From the human T2T-CHM13v2.0 reference genome, Homo sapiens, in the NCBI GenBank assembly GCA_009914755.4, contig CP086569.2, forward strand, positions 51,232,001 through 51,296,000: 64,000 bases of DNA, in the 5' to 3' direction. The position numbers were made by a program, and so were the translations under genes. The first letter of the stretch is position 1. Each line of letters starts with the position of its first letter. The notes under the pieces were generated by a model. That model was not told the origin of the DNA, did no database searches, and saw only the letters and a program-made list of their open reading frames with translations. Of this stretch, positions 56,922 to 64,000 are shown piece by piece.

Positions 56922-59659
56922 AATGGAATGGAATGTATTAGAATGTAATGAACTTTAATGGAATGTACTCGAATGGATTCGACTGGAATGGAATGTTCTG
57001 GAAGTGAATGGACTCCAATGGAATGGATTCAAAAGGAATGGAATCGTACGGAATGGAATCTAATGGAATGGAATTAAATGGAAATGAATCAAATTGAATA
57101 GCACGGAATTGAATTGAATGGAATCGAATGCAATGGAATCTAATGAAACGGAAAGGAAAGGAATGCAATGGAATGGAATGGGCTGGAATGGAAAGGAATC
57201 GAAACGAATGGAATGGAATCGAACTGAAGAGACTGGAATGGAATGCACTGGAATGGAAGGGAGTGTAATGGAAGGTTCTCGAAAAAAATGGAATCGAATG
57301 GAATGGAATTGAATGGAACGGAATAGAGTCGAATGGAATTGAATGGAATGGAATGGACTAGAGTGAAATGGAATCGAACCACAAGGAATGGAGAGGAATA
57401 GAATGGTCTCGAATTGAATGGAATCGTATGGAATGGCATCAAACGGAATGGAATGGACAGCCACGGAATGGAATGCACTCGAATGCAATGGAGTCGAAAC
57501 TAATGGACTGGAATAGAATGGACTCGACTGGTACGGACTCCTATGGAAGGGAAAAGAATGGAAGGGAATCGAACGGAATGGACTCGAAGGGAAAAGACTG
57601 CAATGGAAAGGTCTCGAATGGAATGGAAATTAATGGAATGGAATGGAATCGAATGAAATGGAGTCAAAAGGAATGGAATCGAATGGCAAGAAATCGAATG
57701 TAATGGAATCGCAAGGAATTGATGTGAACGGAACGGAATGGAATGGAATCCAAAGGAATGGAATAGAATGGAATGGAATCGAATGGAAAGGACTCGAATG
57801 GAAATCACTGGAATAGAATGCAATTTAATAATATAGGATCAAATGTAATGGAATGGAATGGAAAGGAATCGAAACGAAAGGAATGGAGACAGATGGAATG
57901 GAATAGAACAGAGAGCAATGGTATAGAACGGAATGGAATCATCTGGAATGGAATTGAATGGAATGGAATAATATGAAATGGAATGGAATGGAATGGAATG
58001 GAATGCCCTTGAATTAAATGGACTGGAATGGAATGGACTCGAACAGAGTGGAATGGAAAGTGTTGAGATAGAATGGAATGGACTCGTTTGGAATGGTCTA
58101 GTATGCAATGCAATCGACTGGTAGGGAATCAAAAGGAATGTAATCGAATGGATTGGACTGGAATGCAATGGACTCGAATAGATTGCAAACGGAATGCAAA
58201 GGAATGGAATGGAATAGTATGGAATGGAATGGAAAGGAATGGAGTGGAATAGACTAGAGTGGAATGGAATGGACTGGAAAGCAATGGACTGGAATGGAAC
58301 TTTCTTGAATGGACTGGAATCAAACGGAATGGAATGCAATGCAATCAAATGGCATGGAATAAAATAGAATGAAAGAGAATCAAATGGAATTGAATCGAAT
58401 GGAATCGAATGGATTGGAAAGGAATAGAATGGAATGGAATGGAATGGACTAGAATGGAATGGATTCGAATGGAAGGCAAAGGAATGGAATCTATTGGAAT
58501 GGACTGTAATGGAATGGAATGGAAGGGATTGGAATGGACTCGAATGGAATGGACTGCAATAGAAAGGATTCGAATGGAATGAAAAAGAATTGAATGGAAT
58601 AGAACAGAATGGAATCAAATCGAATGAAATGGAATGGAATAGAAAGGAATGGAATGAAATGGAATGGAAAGGATTCGAATGGAATGCAATCGAATGGAAT
58701 GGAATCGAACGGAATGGAATAAAATGGAAGAAAACTGGCAAGAAATGGAATCGAAATGAATGGAGTGTTATGGAACGGACTCAAAAGGAATTGAATGTAA
58801 TAGAATGGAGTGGAGTGGACTCGAATATAATGGACTGGAATGGAATGAAATCACATGGAATGGGAACGAATGGAATGGAATGGAAAGGAATGGAATCGAA
58901 TGGAAAGGAATCGAATGGAAGGGAATGAAATTGAATCAACAGGAATGGAAGGGAATAGAATAGACGGTAATGGAATGGACTCGAATAGAATGGACACGAA
59001 TGCTCAAATTGAATGGACTCGAATGGAATGGAAACGAAAGGAATGTCATCGAATGGAATTGAATCGATTGGAATGAAATCGCATAGAATGGAGTGGAATC
59101 AAATGGAATTGAATCGAAAGGAAAGGAAGCGAATGGACTGAAATGAAATGGAATGGAATTGAATGGAAAGTAATGCAATGGAATAGAATGGAACGAAATT
59201 TCACGGAATGGAATCAAACTGAATGGAATCAAATCAATGGAATCCAATCAAATGGAATGGAGTAGATTGGATTGGATGGGATTGGAATGAAATGTACTGG
59301 AAAGGACTCGAATTTCATGAAACGGAATGGAATGAATTGGAACGGAATGGACTCGAATGGAATGGAATGTCATAGAATGGCATCAAATGGAATGGCATCA
59401 AATGGAATGGAATCGAATGCAATGGAATGCTATGGAATGGAATGGAATGCATTGGAATGGAATGTCCTCTAATGGAATGGATTCGAGTGGAATGGAATCG
59501 AATATAATGGAGTCGAATGAAATGGAATTGAAAGGAATGGGATCGAATACAATGGAATATACTGGAATGTAATGTAATGAACTCGAATGTAATTGACTGG
59601 AATGGAATGTACATGAATGGAATGTAATCGAATGGAAAGTAATCCAATGGAATAGAATC
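56922..59659 (+). repeat. Higher-order repeat unit 17, truncated (2738 bp) at the junction with the AT-rich repeat
   Basis: The unit reads normally up to ...gtaatccaatggaatagaatc at 59639-59659. Full units continue taatgcaataaaaccgactcagatagag. Here the sequence switches to atatatgatatataatatatg. Confidence 0.85.
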
Positions 59660-60314
59660 ATATATGATATATAATATATGTATAATATTGTTTTACATCC
59701 TGCATCTTATGTTATATATATTGTATAAAATATAATAATTGATTATATATACTTTTATAACATAATTTACATAAAATATCATAATATAATATATATTATA
59801 TTATTTCATATTACATAATATATATTACATATCACCCAATATAAGTAACATACATAATATTATAATATAGATTATATTATGTTATATTAAATATCATATA
59901 TATTATGTATCATATATTCTATAATATATATTATACATTATATAATATGTATGTTGTCTATTATGTGATATATATAACTATACATATAATTATATTATTA
60001 TACGTATAACTAGATAAACATGTAATTCTACATATTTTCATTTATAATATATAGAATTATATAATCATATATAATTATGTATATTCTATAAAAAATTATA
60101 TCATTATATAAATTATAATATATAAAAATTATAATATGTACTACAAATATATATATTATATATCATATATGATATAGTACCTTTGTTATATATCATAATA
60201 CATATAAATGTGTATTATGTTATCTATAATTATATAATTTCATATATAAGATGTATAATATGTGTCATATATTATATATGTTATGTAATATATATAGTAT
60301 ATATAAGATGACAC

Positions 60315-60326
60315 AGGATAAATATT
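60315..60326 (+). repeat. Target-site duplication (5' copy) of the AluY insertion: aggataaatatt
   Basis: The same 12-mer recurs immediately after the poly-A at 60603-60614. The empty site in copy 2 has a single aggataaatatt at 63019-63030. Confidence 0.85.
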
Positions 60327-60619
<293 letters not shown>

Positions 60620-60697
60620 CTATGACATATAAAATATATGAGGTTATATGTTACATATAAGGCATAGCACATAACATGTAATATATATCATATATAA

Positions 60698-60990
<293 letters not shown>

Positions 60991-61560
60991 ATCCACATTT
61001 TTTAAATGAAAAAAAATTTCAAAGGTACTCTGCTTGGTACAATAATCAAATGTATAAACTGAGGAATAAAACATAACCATGAAACCTACTTATAACTGCA
61101 TATGGAAAATACAGAGGATAATTTTTTAAATAACATATTTTGAAAGCCTTAACTAGTAATTTGAAGAGTTGGCATTTGAAAGGCCAGTATGAATATACCT
61201 TCAAAGCAGCAACACAGGTTCCCCATGAGGAAAAGCAAACTCAGGGAAAATAAAACCACAAAGGTTCAATCTCTTCTGACCTTTGAAAGACACAGCACAG
61301 ACAGTGGTCCTTAGGACGAAGAGCAGGAGACCCCTAATTCCGTCACCATGGCGATAGGGCATAAACATTGCTGGGTGAGGGCACAATCCACATTGTGAGG
61401 TCCAACTGCTGCCAGGAAGACAGGTGTGCTTTTACATAGACCGAAAGGTCATTGAAGGCTCAGAGTTTTGTTTCAAGAACTGAATCCCAAGCCCACACGT
61501 TATTAGGCTGCGCTTCTTAAAACATGTTATGAGATGGGAAAAAGGGCACCCACAAACATA
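60991..61560. repeat. Non-AT-rich (~40% GC) segment of the DYZ2-like unit, copy 1; origin not recognisable by eye
   Basis: Complex sequence (cattttttaaatgaaaaaaaatttcaaaggtactctgcttgg ... gggcacccacaaacatacgtatacat) that recurs at 63409-63980 with a few substitutions. Confidence 0.6.
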
Positions 61561-63408
<1,848 letters not shown>

Positions 63409-63980
63409 TCCATATTTTTTAAATGAAAAAAAATTTCAAAGGTACTCTGCTTGGTACAATAATCAAATGTATAAACTGAGGAATAAAACATAACCATGAA
63501 ACCTACTTATAACTGCATATGGAAAATACAGAGGATAATTTTTTAAATAACATATTTTGAAAGCCTTAACTAGTAATTTGAAGAGTTGGCATTTGAAAGG
63601 CCAGTATGAATATACCTTCAAAGCAGCAACACAGGTTCCCCATGAGAAAAAGCAAACACAGGGAAAATAAAAACACAAAGGTTCAATCTCTTCTGACCTT
63701 TGAAAGACACAGCACAGACAGTGGTCCTTAGGACGAAGAGCAGGAGACCCCTAATTCCGTCACCATGGCGATAGGGCATAAACATTGCTGGATGAGGGCA
63801 CAATCCACATTGTGAGGTCCAACTGCTGCCAGGAAGACAGGAGTGCTTTTACATAGACCGAAAGGTCATTGAAGGCTCAGAGTTTTGTTTCAAGAACTGA
63901 ATCCCAAGCCCACACGATATTAGGCTGCGCTTCTTAAAACAAGTTATGAGATGGGAAAAAGGGCACCCACAAACATATGT
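63409..63980. repeat. Non-AT-rich segment of the DYZ2-like unit, copy 2
   Basis: Matches 60991-61560 at an offset of ~2420. Confidence 0.6.
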
Positions 63981-64000
63981 ATACATTATGTATATAATAA

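Larger units (their letters stand above)
1..59659 (+). repeat. HSat3-type (GGAAT)n pentamer satellite array organised in a ~3.56 kb higher-order repeat. Consistent with Y-chromosome DYZ1 (Yq12).
   Basis: Seen in sequence: continuous aatgg/ggaat pentamers and close variants (aatcg, actcg, aatgc and others) on the + strand throughout, with no strand switch. Unit landmarks recur with a period of 3564 bp (range 3494-3579). One example is gtattagaatgtaatgaactttaatgg at 14, 3578, 7142 and onward. GGCC (HaeIII) occurs once per unit in the motif acaggcctgg, for example at 3258-3261 and 6822-6825. Established knowledge: DYZ1 is a 3.56 kb HaeIII repeat built from TTCCA/GGAAT pentamers. Confidence 0.85.

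Noticed and set aside
1-59659. The idea that regularly spaced repeats could be a CRISPR array or another prokaryotic defence locus
   Set aside because: The periodicity is a 3.56 kb higher-order satellite built from 5 bp monomers, not 25-40 bp repeats with unique spacers. Alu elements place this firmly in a primate genome.
139-59661. Dense six-frame ORFs (60-318 aa) on both strands across the satellite, for example 918-1835, 36413-37369 and 2578-3186
   Set aside because: They are translations of the GGAAT/ATTCC pentamer in its possible frames. They have extreme low-complexity composition and recur at the 3.56 kb repeat period. No start or stop context or codon structure distinguishes them from repeat read-through.
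59660-60314. Apparent palindromic AT-rich stretches that could be promoters, origins or terminators
   Set aside because: At >85% AT, TATA-like and hairpin-capable strings arise everywhere by chance. Nothing distinguishes any one of them, and they are part of a tandemly repeated satellite unit.
61201-61386. A 61-aa minus-strand ORF in the non-AT DYZ2-like segment (duplicated at 63618-63803)
   Set aside because: The two copies differ by only nonsynonymous changes (3 of 61 residues). There is no recognisable domain, and the ORF sits inside a multicopy heterochromatic repeat. It is most likely chance.
63463-63678. A 71-aa minus-strand ORF
   Set aside because: It is AT-rich, low-complexity and overlaps the repeat segment. 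It is absent as an intact ORF from the copy 1 equivalent.

Overview
No protein-coding or RNA genes and no CRISPR arrays are supportable in this window; it is human (primate) constitutive heterochromatin. Positions 1-59659 are one uninterrupted, single-orientation tandem array of (GGAAT)n / (AATGG)n pentamer satellite (HSat3 type). It is organised into a ~3.56 kb higher-order repeat, with 16 full units and one truncated unit. The modal unit length of exactly 3564 bp, the pentamer composition and a single HaeIII (GGCC) site per unit match the Y-chromosome Yq12 satellite DYZ1. At 59659/59660 the array abuts a different tandem repeat running 59660-64000, with a ~2420 bp period. This repeat is an extremely AT-rich block, plus a diverged minus-strand Alu, plus a ~570 bp non-AT segment, which matches DYZ2 (HSat1B family). 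The window therefore looks like a DYZ1-to-DYZ2 transition of Yq12. The first DYZ2 copy carries a young, 5'-truncated AluY insertion with a poly-A tail and a 12 bp target-site duplication. It also lacks ~765 bp that is present in the second copy. Every ORF in the supplied track inside 1-59659 is a read-through of pentamer repeats (MEWNG / HSIPF peptide strings on the two strands). The few ORFs at 60-64 kb lie in an Alu or in the non-AT DYZ2 segment and are not credible genes. I find no evidence for a novel functional system. The interest lies in the repeat architecture: local homogenisation blocks, pentamer-slippage length variants, a precise array junction, and a filled versus empty Alu site in neighbouring repeat copies.
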